A stretch of 64,000 nt of DNA, taken from positions 1-64,000 of the forward strand of contig JASFYO010000019.1 of the NCBI GenBank assembly GCA_045047305.1. Direction: 5' to 3'. The position numbers and the translations under genes are program-made. How positions within the stretch are numbered: the first letter of the stretch is position 1; each line of letters starts with the position of its first letter. The notes beneath the pieces were generated by a model. It was not told the origin of the DNA. It saw only the letters and a program-made list of their open reading frames with translations, and made no database searches. The stretch comes from Planctomycetota bacterium (GTDB lineage: Bacteria > Planctomycetota > UBA1135). Below, in pieces: positions 16,614-25,298 of this stretch.

Positions 16614-18230
16614 ATGAGCGCCTTTCTCAGCATTTCCTTTAGCGCAGTTTTAGCTGCACAATCTGGGCCGCTCCAACCCCCGCCTGAGCCAGTTCAGAAC
16701 ATCGTCACACCAGAAAAGGCTGTTCTGGGAAAAATGCTGTTCTGGGAGGAGCAGCTTTCAACGGACAAGAGTATGGCTTGCGGTACTTGTCATTTGCCGG
16801 AAAAAGGATTTACCGATAACCGTCATGGGCAAACACTCGGCAACGATGGAGCAGACGGTGGTTTTGACGATATTTTTTCCTCACCAGGTGTCGTCCGAAT
16901 GAATGCTAACAGCGAATATGTTCCGCATGAGGAGTTTGGTATGCATCCTCAGTTAACGCCACGTCGCGCGAATGACATCACTGGTTCCCTCTATCAGTCA
17001 GAGATCTTCTGGGATGGTCGGGCAGGAGAGGAGTTCCTTGATCCGCAGACGGGCGCGGTCCTGATTCCTTTTGGCGGGGCCCTGGAAACGCAAGCATTGG
17101 TCCCGATTCAATCTGAGGTTGAGATGAGTCACCTCGGCCGAGACTGGCCAGAAATTGTTGCGCAGATTGCAGAGGCAACTCCCATGCGGCTTGCTTCGAA
17201 CTTACCTGCCGACATCGTTGCAGCTTTGGCTATCGACCCAACCTACCCCGATCTCTTCGAGGCAGCGTTCGGGGACCCCGCAGTCACTCCAGCACGCATC
17301 GCTTTTGCCCTGGCAACTTATGAGCGCACGTTGGTTCCGAATCAGACACCTTGGGATGATTATGTGAGTGGCAATCTGACTGCACTCACTCCAGAACAAG
17401 AAGATGGATGGATTCAGTTTCAAGGTATCGCAGGTTGCATTGATTGCCACACGGCTCCAGTGTTTAGTGATGGAGCATTTCATAACAATGGGATCCGTCA
17501 TTGGCGTGCCGACAAGGGGCGTTTTGCAATCACTGGAAACCAAAATGAACTCGCTGCATTCAAAACACCGAGTTTACGCAACGCTGGTTTGCGCGATCGT
17601 TTTTTCCATGGCGGAACCGTGGTATCCCTGGACCAAGTAGGCGTGGTCTACTTGAATGGCGGTGGGCTATTCCGTGGAAACCTAGATCCATTATTGCGCA
17701 ACTTAAATGGCGTTTCTGGAATCGACATGGACAATATCATGGACTTTGTAGCGAATGGCTTGACGGATCCTCGGGTGGCGAATCAAACTTTTCCCTTTGA
17801 CCGCCCAACGCTTTGGAGTGAAGCGCATGTCTTTGGTGACAATCGCTTCGGGGTTGAAACGGCCTCGGCAGGTTCGGTGGCTCCAGTAATTATCGCGCCA
17901 CAACCCATTTGGACCGGCGCGACATCCGTGCGTATTGCCTTGGCTCGTGCCAAGGGCGGGGGACTTGCGCATTTCGGCCTTGCCCGGAACCGTGGTAACG
18001 GCTTCATTCTCGGGTCACCGTCGAACCTTGCACTTCCCTTAGTGATGGAGCTTACAAATAAACTTCCAGGGGTTGGCGACGACGACGGCGAGTGGTGTGT
18101 GAAGTTAGATTTCCCCAACAACCCAAGCTTGATAGGCAAGGTCTTCCATGCTCAGTTTTGGATTGAAGACCCCAGAAATCCAGGAACGCCCCCCGCGGTT
18201 ACGAAGGGCGTTAGTGTGGAAATCCAGTAA
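16614..18230 (+). CDS. Di-heme cytochrome c peroxidase / MauG family with C-terminal extension
   Basis: CGTCH and CIDCH, LGKMLF, FWDGRA, FKTPSLRN; signal peptide; start could be 16575. Confidence 0.85.
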   Translation: MSAFLSISFSAVLAAQSGPLQPPPEPVQNIVTPEKAVLGKMLFWEEQLSTDKSMACGTCHLPEKGFTDNRHGQTLGNDGADGGFDDIFSSPGVVRMNANSEYVPHEEFGMHPQLTPRRANDITGSLYQSEIFWDGRAGEEFLDPQTGAVLIPFGGALETQALVPIQSEVEMSHLGRDWPEIVAQIAEATPMRLASNLPADIVAALAIDPTYPDLFEAAFGDPAVTPARIAFALATYERTLVPNQTPWDDYVSGNLTALTPEQEDGWIQFQGIAGCIDCHTAPVFSDGAFHNNGIRHWRADKGRFAITGNQNELAAFKTPSLRNAGLRDRFFHGGTVVSLDQVGVVYLNGGGLFRGNLDPLLRNLNGVSGIDMDNIMDFVANGLTDPRVANQTFPFDRPTLWSEAHVFGDNRFGVETASAGSVAPVIIAPQPIWTGATSVRIALARAKGGGLAHFGLARNRGNGFILGSPSNLALPLVMELTNKLPGVGDDDGEWCVKLDFPNNPSLIGKVFHAQFWIEDPRNPGTPPAVTKGVSVEIQ

Positions 18231-18242
18231 ACCGCTAAGGCT

Positions 18243-19652
18243 TTACATGCGGTTTAAGTAGCGCTCCACCTCCCAAGGGTGAACCATCGCAATGTATTCT
18301 TGCCATTCGGTGCGCTTTGCGTGAACGAACTGGGTGAACGCGTGCTCGCCCAGAGCATTCCTTAACACTGGATCTTTCTCAAGCAGGTCGACGGCCTCGC
18401 CTAGGTTTGCAGGCAAGCTCTTAATTTTGAGGCGTGCACGCTCGCGTTGGCTCATGGTGTAAACATTACCGGTAACGGGTTTAGGTGGTTCGGTTTTGTT
18501 TTTCACGCCATCGAGGCCCGCCGCCAGCATGACAGCAAATGCCAAGTATGGATTGCAGCTTGGATCCGGCATGCGAAGTTCGCAACGCGTTCCAATTCCA
18601 CGACGTGCCGGCACCCGGACCAACGGTGAACGGTTGCGCATCGACCAAGCGAGGTGGGTCGGTGCTTCATAGCCAGGCACTAAACGCTTGTAGCTGTTGA
18701 CGGTTGGATTGGTCACAGCGCATAGAGCGCGACCGTGTTCAAGCAAGCCACCAACGTAGTGCCGCATAAGGTCGGAAACACCCTCGTCGTCGGCCCCTTC
18801 TTCAAAGAAGACGTTCTTGCCATTTTCAAACAGAGACATGTGAACATGCATGCCCGAACCGTTCTCGCCGAAAATTGGTTTTGGCATGAAGGTGGCGTGC
18901 AATCCCATGTCGCGTGCAATCTTGCGCACTACGAAGCGAAAAACCGAAAGGCGATCAGCTGTGGCAAGTGCACTGCCGTATTTGAAGTCGATCTCGTGTT
19001 GGCCAGCCGCAACTTCGTGGTGGGCAGCTTCAATTTCAAAGCCAAGTTGCTCGAGTGCAATCGTGATTTCACGACGACACTTTTCACCGAGGTCCGTTGG
19101 CGCGAGGTCAAAGTAACCAGCGGAGTCGTGGGTGATGGTCGTTGCACTGCCATCCGCGGCGCGTTGGAACAAAAAGAACTCAGCCTCAGGGCCGGCGTTC
19201 ATTTCATAACCCATTTCTGCAGCTTCAGCGCAAACCTTCTTCAAAATGCCGCGGGGGCAGCCGTCGAATGGAACGCCTTCTGGGAGGAAGATGTCGCAGA
19301 TGATGTGAGCAACAAGGCCGTGCGAGCTATGCGCCATGCTTTCACTCGGCCACGGATCTACGCGGTAAGTTGCGTAGTCTGGGCTCAGCAGCATGTCGGA
19401 TTCTTCAATCCGGGTGAAGCCTTCGATGGAGGAACCATCAAACATGATTTCGCCGTCGAGAGCTTTCTCGAACTGGCTGGCTGGGACCTCCACGTTTTTG
19501 TTGGTACCTGCAATATCGGTGAACTGCAGGCGCAAGAAACGCACGTTGTACTTCTTCATGTGCGCGAGGATGTCTGCGCGGCCCATCTTGTCAGAGATAG
19601 CGAAGCAAGCCTCACGAGTGTGGTCGAGGTTTTCCATTGTCTGAGTAGTCAT
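18243..19652 (-). CDS. glnA: Glutamine synthetase type I
   Basis: FDGSSIEGF, ESDM, HHEVAAGQHEI, FMPKP...NGSGMHVHMS, NSYKRLVPGYEAP, NPYLA. Confidence 0.97.
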   Translation of the reverse strand: MTTQTMENLDHTREACFAISDKMGRADILAHMKKYNVRFLRLQFTDIAGTNKNVEVPASQFEKALDGEIMFDGSSIEGFTRIEESDMLLSPDYATYRVDPWPSESMAHSSHGLVAHIICDIFLPEGVPFDGCPRGILKKVCAEAAEMGYEMNAGPEAEFFLFQRAADGSATTITHDSAGYFDLAPTDLGEKCRREITIALEQLGFEIEAAHHEVAAGQHEIDFKYGSALATADRLSVFRFVVRKIARDMGLHATFMPKPIFGENGSGMHVHMSLFENGKNVFFEEGADDEGVSDLMRHYVGGLLEHGRALCAVTNPTVNSYKRLVPGYEAPTHLAWSMRNRSPLVRVPARRGIGTRCELRMPDPSCNPYLAFAVMLAAGLDGVKNKTEPPKPVTGNVYTMSQRERARLKIKSLPANLGEAVDLLEKDPVLRNALGEHAFTQFVHAKRTEWQEYIAMVHPWEVERYLNRM

Positions 19653-19711
19653 GTCTTGAATCTATTTGGGGAGAGAAGGACGGCGAAAGCGTGGGTAGGA
19701 TACCCCCATAT

Positions 19712-19818
19712 CGCAAAATGATGCTTAAAAATTGCATATTTTGCAATTTAACGGAATCATTTTCGGCGTAGAATGCAAGAAATGTGCATTTTTAGCGCAT
19801 AGTTCTGCAAAAAATGCG
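19712..19818. promoter_or_regulatory. Array of GCA-N5/7-TGC inverted repeats upstream of glnA (candidate regulator sites)
   Basis: AAATTGCA-N5-TGCAATTT (19729-19749), AATGCA-N7-TGCATT (19772-19790) and weaker copies, in an AT-rich divergent intergenic region. Confidence 0.55.
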
Positions 19819-19877
19819 TTATGGCACAATTATGGTTTAACCCTTAGCATCTCAAGGTCCCCCTGGGCCATTTCCCC

Positions 19878-22800
19878 TTGCTGAAGCCGCGCACAACCTT
19901 CCTTCTTTCGTTCCTTGCCGCCCCTTTGTCGTTGCTAGCGCAGGAGCCGGAAACCTATCAGGCCCCAGAGGAGCCTCTCCCGGCGACCATACAGCCGGCG
20001 AGTGGGGAAGCGGCGGCGGCGATTTCTGGCTTTCGAGTTCCAGACGGCACCACCATCCAGTTAGTTGCAGCAGAGCCACTGCTGGCGAATCCAGTGGCGA
20101 TCGAGGTCGACGCTCAGGGCCGGGTTTACGTTGCAGAAACCTTTCGTCAAGAAACGGAAGGAGTTGCAGATAATCGTACCTTCCCAGAATGGCTACAGGA
20201 CGACCTGCGTTTGCAAACCGTGGAAGAGCGCGCGGAAATGATGCTGCGACATCATCCGGAGTTTGCCACGGAATGGACCGACCATGATGAGCGCATACAG
20301 TTGCTCGAAGACCTTGATCATGATGGCTTGTTTGAGAGTTCGAAACTGTTCGCGCATGGTTTTCACGATCTGCTCGACGGAACCGGCGCGGGGCTACTGG
20401 TGCGTGGTAAGGATGTTTACTACACCTGCATTCCTAAGCTTTGGAAACTAACCGATGCCGATAGTGATGGCGTTGCAGACAGCGGTACCGCATTGCACCA
20501 TGGTTTTGGAGTGCGTGTTGCTTTTCGCGGGCACGATATGCACGGTTTGGTTTTGGGCCCCATGCGCAAGCTTTACTTTAGTATCGGAGACCGCGGCTAT
20601 CACGTGCAAACTAGTGAGGGGGTTTGGTTGTCGGAGCCCGGTCGTGGCGCTGTGTTCCGCTGTGATTTAGATGGAAGCAACTTGGAAGTTTTTGCCACCG
20701 GTTTACGAAACCCACAGGAGCTCGCCTTTGATGATTTTGGCAACCTTTTTACCGTCGACAACAACTGCGATGCTGGAGATGGGGCGCGCTTAGTGCATGT
20801 TTTAGAGCAGGGAGATTGCGGTTGGCGTATGAACTTCCAATACCTTCCTGATCGGGGTCCATGGATGAGTGAAGAGTGGTGGAAGCCCGCGACGGAAGTG
20901 CCAGCACATCCGGCATTCCTAAACGCACCGGTTGCTAATATTTCCAGCGGACCTTCGGGGCTAGCGGCCTATCCTGGCGTGGGCCTTGGTCCTGGAATGG
21001 AAGGGAGCTTTTTCCTCTGTGATTTCCTTGGTGGATCCAGCTATAGCGGTATCCGGCGCTTTACCGTGAAGCGAGAAGGTGCAAGCTTTCTGTTGGATGA
21101 GGAAGAGGAGTATTGGTGGGGCGTCTTAGCTACCGACGTCTGCTTTGAGCCGGATGGTTCGATGCTCATCAGCGATTGGGTCCAGGGTTGGATTGGCGAA
21201 GGCTATGGCCGCCTTTATCGTGCGCGCGATTCCAATGCAGATACAGACCTCATGAAGGCCACAGCAGATTTGTTAGGCGAAGGTTTTACTCAAAGGGAGA
21301 CAACCTTTTTGCTTTCCCTTTTGGGACACCCCGACCGTCGGGTTCGTCTGGAGGCACAGTGGGAGCTTGCCGATCGAAATGCTGTAGAAGGATTTACAGC
21401 AATGCTCGCTAATCAAGATGCGCCCTTGCTTGCGCGCATTCATGCTTTGTGGGGCATAGGGATGTTGGAGGAGCCAAGTCAGGAAGCGATTGCTGCTGTA
21501 AACCTTCTTTTGCAAAATGCGAATATTGAATTGCGTACGCAAGCTCTTAAGACCCTCCGCGCACAAGGTCTCCAAGCTCCGGGCGAAGACCTTCAGCGCT
21601 GTTTGGGCGATGCATCTATGCAGGTGCGTTTGGAAGCAGTTCTTCTTTCGGGTGGGAATCCAGAAGCAATCTTTGCGGCGATTCAGGGAGAGGGCATGCA
21701 GGATCGCGCCTTGGTTCAGGCGGCTGCGTGGTCACTCGCTCAAGGCGATATGATCTTCGCTACATTCCCGCAAGGATGGAAAGAGCAACCGGCAATGCGC
21801 AGGCTTGTGGTTTTGGCGCTGCGACATCGCAAGGACTTTTCACGCCTGGAGGAGTTTTTGTTGGATGCGGATTCTTCGATCGCGAATGAAGCAGCGTGCG
21901 CCATTTATGACTTGGGTGGTGTTTCGTCAAAGTTAGCCGCTCGCTTTGTGGACGCTGCCTCGCTCCCTATTCCCATGGCCCGACGCGCGGCCGCAATGTG
22001 CAACCGCATTGGTGGCGCGAAAGAAGCGCGATTGCTTTACGCATTCATTACTGCGCAACTGGGGGAAGCTTGGCTGCTGCAGGAGGTTGAGCAGTATGTG
22101 CGCGACTGGGACCGGCCGCATGAATTCGATGTGGTGCTGAATGAGAGCCAAAGTTTTGGACCTCGAGTTGCAGACTGGTTTGTCGGAAAAGATTTACCCT
22201 TCTCTACGGCCAGGGAAATGGATGCGGTAGAACGCGGAAGAAAAGTCTTTAGTGGTAACGCCGTGGCAGGCTGTATTAAGTGCCATTCTTTGCGTGGGGT
22301 TACGCCGCAAGGCTACCGAAGCCTTGCGGGTCCGGATCTTTCGCTGATTGGCTTGATGCAGAATGAAGGGGAATTACGTGAGTCCATTCTGAACCCAACG
22401 GCGAGCATTGCCTCAGGGTTTGAAACCCTAGGTGATAATGGAGAGGTCTTGCCCCTATCCACCATGCCACCAAACTTTTCACAAGTGCTGAGTGAAGAAG
22501 AGGTAGATGATTTGGTCATATTTCTCGCGCAACAAAAGCAAGAGCGAAAGATTTTGGTACACGTTGATTCACAGGGCTATGAGCATGCTGTTGCTAAGGC
22601 GAACGAATCAGGACTCTCTTTAGTGGAGCGCAGTTGGAAACGATGGGCCGAATCGGACATTCGTTTTTCGGTCATTATCGATCGAGGCTACACAAGGTTT
22701 ACAGATTCCGGCTTATCGGATTTCGACGCTGTGTTTTTCTATACATCAGGAGAGCTGCCGATGGATGAATCGCAGAAGGAAGCCTTGCTGAAGTTCGTGC

Positions 22801-24014
22801 GCGGCGGGGGTGCATTTGTTGGTGCGCATTGTGCAAGCGACACCTTTTATGAGTGGCCGGAGTACGGGTCGATGCTCGGTGGCGTTTTCGACGGCCATCC
22901 GTGGCACCAGAGAGTAAAAGTCACGGTAGAGGATCCAACCCACCCTGCCATGCGTTCACTTAAATCAGGTTTTGCCCTGACCGACGAGATTTATCAATTC
23001 CGTGCTCCTTACGACCGGTCGAAATGTCATGTGCTGCTTTCGCTAAACAACGCCTCGGTGGAACTAGATGCGGAGTTCGTACACCGTGAAGACATGGACT
23101 TTGCACTGGCTTGGCAGCGTACTGAAGGGGAAGGTGGTGTGTTCTACACTGCACTCGGCCATCGCTTAGAAGTGTGGCAGTCGGAATGGTTCCGGGATTT
23201 ACTGGTGGAAGGAACGTTAGTTGTTTGCGATGGTCCCATGACGCCCACCGAGGTTGGGGCCGGGGCTATACCTACACCAAACCCAGCGGCCCCGGTTGAA
23301 GCTGAACCAGAGGCTGAAGAAAACGCTTCCGCCTTCCTGCACGAGTTCGCCCCAGGTATCGGGCTTAACTTTATGCCCATTCGCGCCGAAGACGGAAGCA
23401 CTTTCTGGATGTCAACCACCGAAGTTCCGTGGGAGCTTTACGACCTTTTCTTTCTGCGCGAAGACGAGCAAGTGGAAATCGACGGCATCACCGGGCCGAG
23501 CCGCTCGGTATTCCCGGTCACGCGTGGCTACGGTCACGATGGGATTCCTGCTTTGGGAATGACGCTGCATGCGGCACAAGAATTTGGACGCTGGGCTTCA
23601 CAGTCGTCGACGCGTCGTTTTCGCTTACCGACAGAGGCGGAGTGGCGAACCGCGGCAGGCCGCACCCCAGGAAAATTGGAGTACCCGTCATTGGCTTGGT
23701 TTTCCGGCAATGCCGATGACACTCCACACCAGGTTGCGCAAAAAGAACCCAATGAGTTTGGCCTTTTTGATATGTTCGGAAACGTCGCTGAGTGGGTGCA
23801 AGGCGGCGAGAAGAATGGCGTTGCGTTGGGAGGAAGTTTCCTTTCCGAGTTGGACGTGCTTGGCCCCGCCGCGCGAGAGGTTTACACACTTTCTTGGCAA
23901 CAGCGCGACCCGCAATTCCCGAAAAGCAGTTGGTGGATGTCGGACGGAGGCTTCGTTGGCTTTCGCCTTGTTACCCTGGATGGACCGCTTCCCCTAACCA
24001 CAACTAAAGAATGA
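19878..24014 (+). CDS. PVC-type membrane-bound dehydrogenase/HEAT/cytochrome c protein fused to ThuA-like and SUMF1/FGE-like domains
   Basis: AAEPLLANPVA, GLRNPQELAFDD, HEAT-like repeats, CIKCH..GPDLS, FVGAHCASDTFYEWPEY, FYTALGH, RLPTEAEW, PNEFGLFDMFGNVAEW, GFRL. Confidence 0.85.
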   Translation: MLKPRTTFLLSFLAAPLSLLAQEPETYQAPEEPLPATIQPASGEAAAAISGFRVPDGTTIQLVAAEPLLANPVAIEVDAQGRVYVAETFRQETEGVADNRTFPEWLQDDLRLQTVEERAEMMLRHHPEFATEWTDHDERIQLLEDLDHDGLFESSKLFAHGFHDLLDGTGAGLLVRGKDVYYTCIPKLWKLTDADSDGVADSGTALHHGFGVRVAFRGHDMHGLVLGPMRKLYFSIGDRGYHVQTSEGVWLSEPGRGAVFRCDLDGSNLEVFATGLRNPQELAFDDFGNLFTVDNNCDAGDGARLVHVLEQGDCGWRMNFQYLPDRGPWMSEEWWKPATEVPAHPAFLNAPVANISSGPSGLAAYPGVGLGPGMEGSFFLCDFLGGSSYSGIRRFTVKREGASFLLDEEEEYWWGVLATDVCFEPDGSMLISDWVQGWIGEGYGRLYRARDSNADTDLMKATADLLGEGFTQRETTFLLSLLGHPDRRVRLEAQWELADRNAVEGFTAMLANQDAPLLARIHALWGIGMLEEPSQEAIAAVNLLLQNANIELRTQALKTLRAQGLQAPGEDLQRCLGDASMQVRLEAVLLSGGNPEAIFAAIQGEGMQDRALVQAAAWSLAQGDMIFATFPQGWKEQPAMRRLVVLALRHRKDFSRLEEFLLDADSSIANEAACAIYDLGGVSSKLAARFVDAASLPIPMARRAAAMCNRIGGAKEARLLYAFITAQLGEAWLLQEVEQYVRDWDRPHEFDVVLNESQSFGPRVADWFVGKDLPFSTAREMDAVERGRKVFSGNAVAGCIKCHSLRGVTPQGYRSLAGPDLSLIGLMQNEGELRESILNPTASIASGFETLGDNGEVLPLSTMPPNFSQVLSEEEVDDLVIFLAQQKQERKILVHVDSQGYEHAVAKANESGLSLVERSWKRWAESDIRFSVIIDRGYTRFTDSGLSDFDAVFFYTSGELPMDESQKEALLKFVRGGGAFVGAHCASDTFYEWPEYGSMLGGVFDGHPWHQRVKVTVEDPTHPAMRSLKSGFALTDEIYQFRAPYDRSKCHVLLSLNNASVELDAEFVHREDMDFALAWQRTEGEGGVFYTALGHRLEVWQSEWFRDLLVEGTLVVCDGPMTPTEVGAGAIPTPNPAAPVEAEPEAEENASAFLHEFAPGIGLNFMPIRAEDGSTFWMSTTEVPWELYDLFFLREDEQVEIDGITGPSRSVFPVTRGYGHDGIPALGMTLHAAQEFGRWASQSSTRRFRLPTEAEWRTAAGRTPGKLEYPSLAWFSGNADDTPHQVAQKEPNEFGLFDMFGNVAEWVQGGEKNGVALGGSFLSELDVLGPAAREVYTLSWQQRDPQFPKSSWWMSDGGFVGFRLVTLDGPLPLTTTKE

Positions 24015-25282
24015 CCCGCAAACTTCCTCGACGTGAATTTCTAAAAACAACAGGCGCCGGCGTCATTGCGCTGCCCTTACTTGGAGCGAATGCCTATGCC
24101 GGTGGATCTGCAACCCTACGTGTAGGACTCGTCGGCTGTGGTGGCCGCGGGACTGGAGCCGCCATTCAAGCCATAAACGCAGACCCAGGAGTGGTGCTGT
24201 GGTCCATGGGAGATTTGTTTGCTGACCGTCTAAAGTCGAGTCACGTCGGCCTCACCGAGAATTTTAAAGACCGCATAGACGTCCCCAATGTGCGCCAACA
24301 CGTTGGATTTGAAGCCTACAAGCGTGTGATCGAAGAAGTCGATGTCGTGTTGTTTGCTACGCCGCCAGTTTTCCGCCCCATGCATTTGGCGGCAGCGGTG
24401 GAAGCAGGGCGTCATGTCTTTTGCGAGAAGCCAGTTGCGGTAGATGCACCTGGCGTACGTTCAGTTTTAAAGACGGCGAAACTTGCAGCGGAGAAGGGAA
24501 TCTCCCTGGCATCGGGTTTTTGCTGGCGTGCAGCATTTGGACACCGCAGTTTGTATAACCGTGTCTTGAAGGAGAATGCGATTGGGGATGTGCGGCATGT
24601 TTACGCGACTTATCTTGCCGGCGGTGTTTGGTACAAGGAGCGCCAAGAGAAATGGACAGATCTCGAATATCAGCTACGCAATTGGTATTACTACAGCAAC
24701 TTTTCGGGTGACCATATCGTCGAGCAGGCAATCCATTCGGTGGATAAGTTGTTGTGGGCCAAAGGCGATGAAATACCAGTGAGTGCTCTTGCAATGGGCG
24801 GACGTCAGGTGCGGACTGCCGAGAAGTATGGCAACATTTATGATCACTTTGGCGTGGTCTATGAATGGGCCGACGGCACCCAAGGCCATCTTGTGACTCG
24901 CCAGCAAAACGGTTGCCACTCTGAAAACTTAGATCGCATCGTTGGCTCCGACGGCATTGCCAGCATCGATGGTTGGGCCAACCGCTTTGTGGTGGAGGGT
25001 GCACGTCCTTGGAAATATGAAGGCCCCAACAACGACATGTACCAAACCGAACACGATGAGTTGTTTGCGAGCATTCGTTCCGGGGCTCCGATAAACCAAG
25101 GCGTGTCCATGGCGCAAAGTACCATGGCTGCAATCCTCGGGCGGATGTCGGCCTACACCGGTCAACGCATTACTTGGCAACAAGCGATGGAGTCCAAGCA
25201 AGACCTCACGCCGAAATCGTGGGAGTTTGGAAGTGGAATCGATGTGGTGCAGGCGACTCCCGGCAAGACGAAGTTTATCTAG
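24011..25282 (+). CDS. Gfo/Idh/MocA family oxidoreductase with Tat signal
   Basis: PRREFLK twin-arginine motif; VGCGGRGTGA, HVFCEKP, EQAIHSVD. Confidence 0.9.
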   Translation: MTRKLPRREFLKTTGAGVIALPLLGANAYAGGSATLRVGLVGCGGRGTGAAIQAINADPGVVLWSMGDLFADRLKSSHVGLTENFKDRIDVPNVRQHVGFEAYKRVIEEVDVVLFATPPVFRPMHLAAAVEAGRHVFCEKPVAVDAPGVRSVLKTAKLAAEKGISLASGFCWRAAFGHRSLYNRVLKENAIGDVRHVYATYLAGGVWYKERQEKWTDLEYQLRNWYYYSNFSGDHIVEQAIHSVDKLLWAKGDEIPVSALAMGGRQVRTAEKYGNIYDHFGVVYEWADGTQGHLVTRQQNGCHSENLDRIVGSDGIASIDGWANRFVVEGARPWKYEGPNNDMYQTEHDELFASIRSGAPINQGVSMAQSTMAAILGRMSAYTGQRITWQQAMESKQDLTPKSWEFGSGIDVVQATPGKTKFI

Positions 25283-25298
25283 CGGGGAGGGGACTTGC

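Noticed and set aside
18735..19721. 328-aa ORF antisense to glnA
   Set aside because: Shadow ORF from the codon bias of a highly expressed gene; no recognisable motifs
19822..19836. TGGCAC possible sigma-54 promoter for the 19878 gene
   Set aside because: The -12 element reads TGGT rather than TTGC; similar TGGCAC hits near 11808 and 51455 also fail the -12 match or spacing
23380..24014. Formylglycine-generating enzyme serving the nearby sulfatase
   Set aside because: The domain lacks the catalytic cysteines, and the neighbouring sulfatase-like protein lacks the CxPxR target
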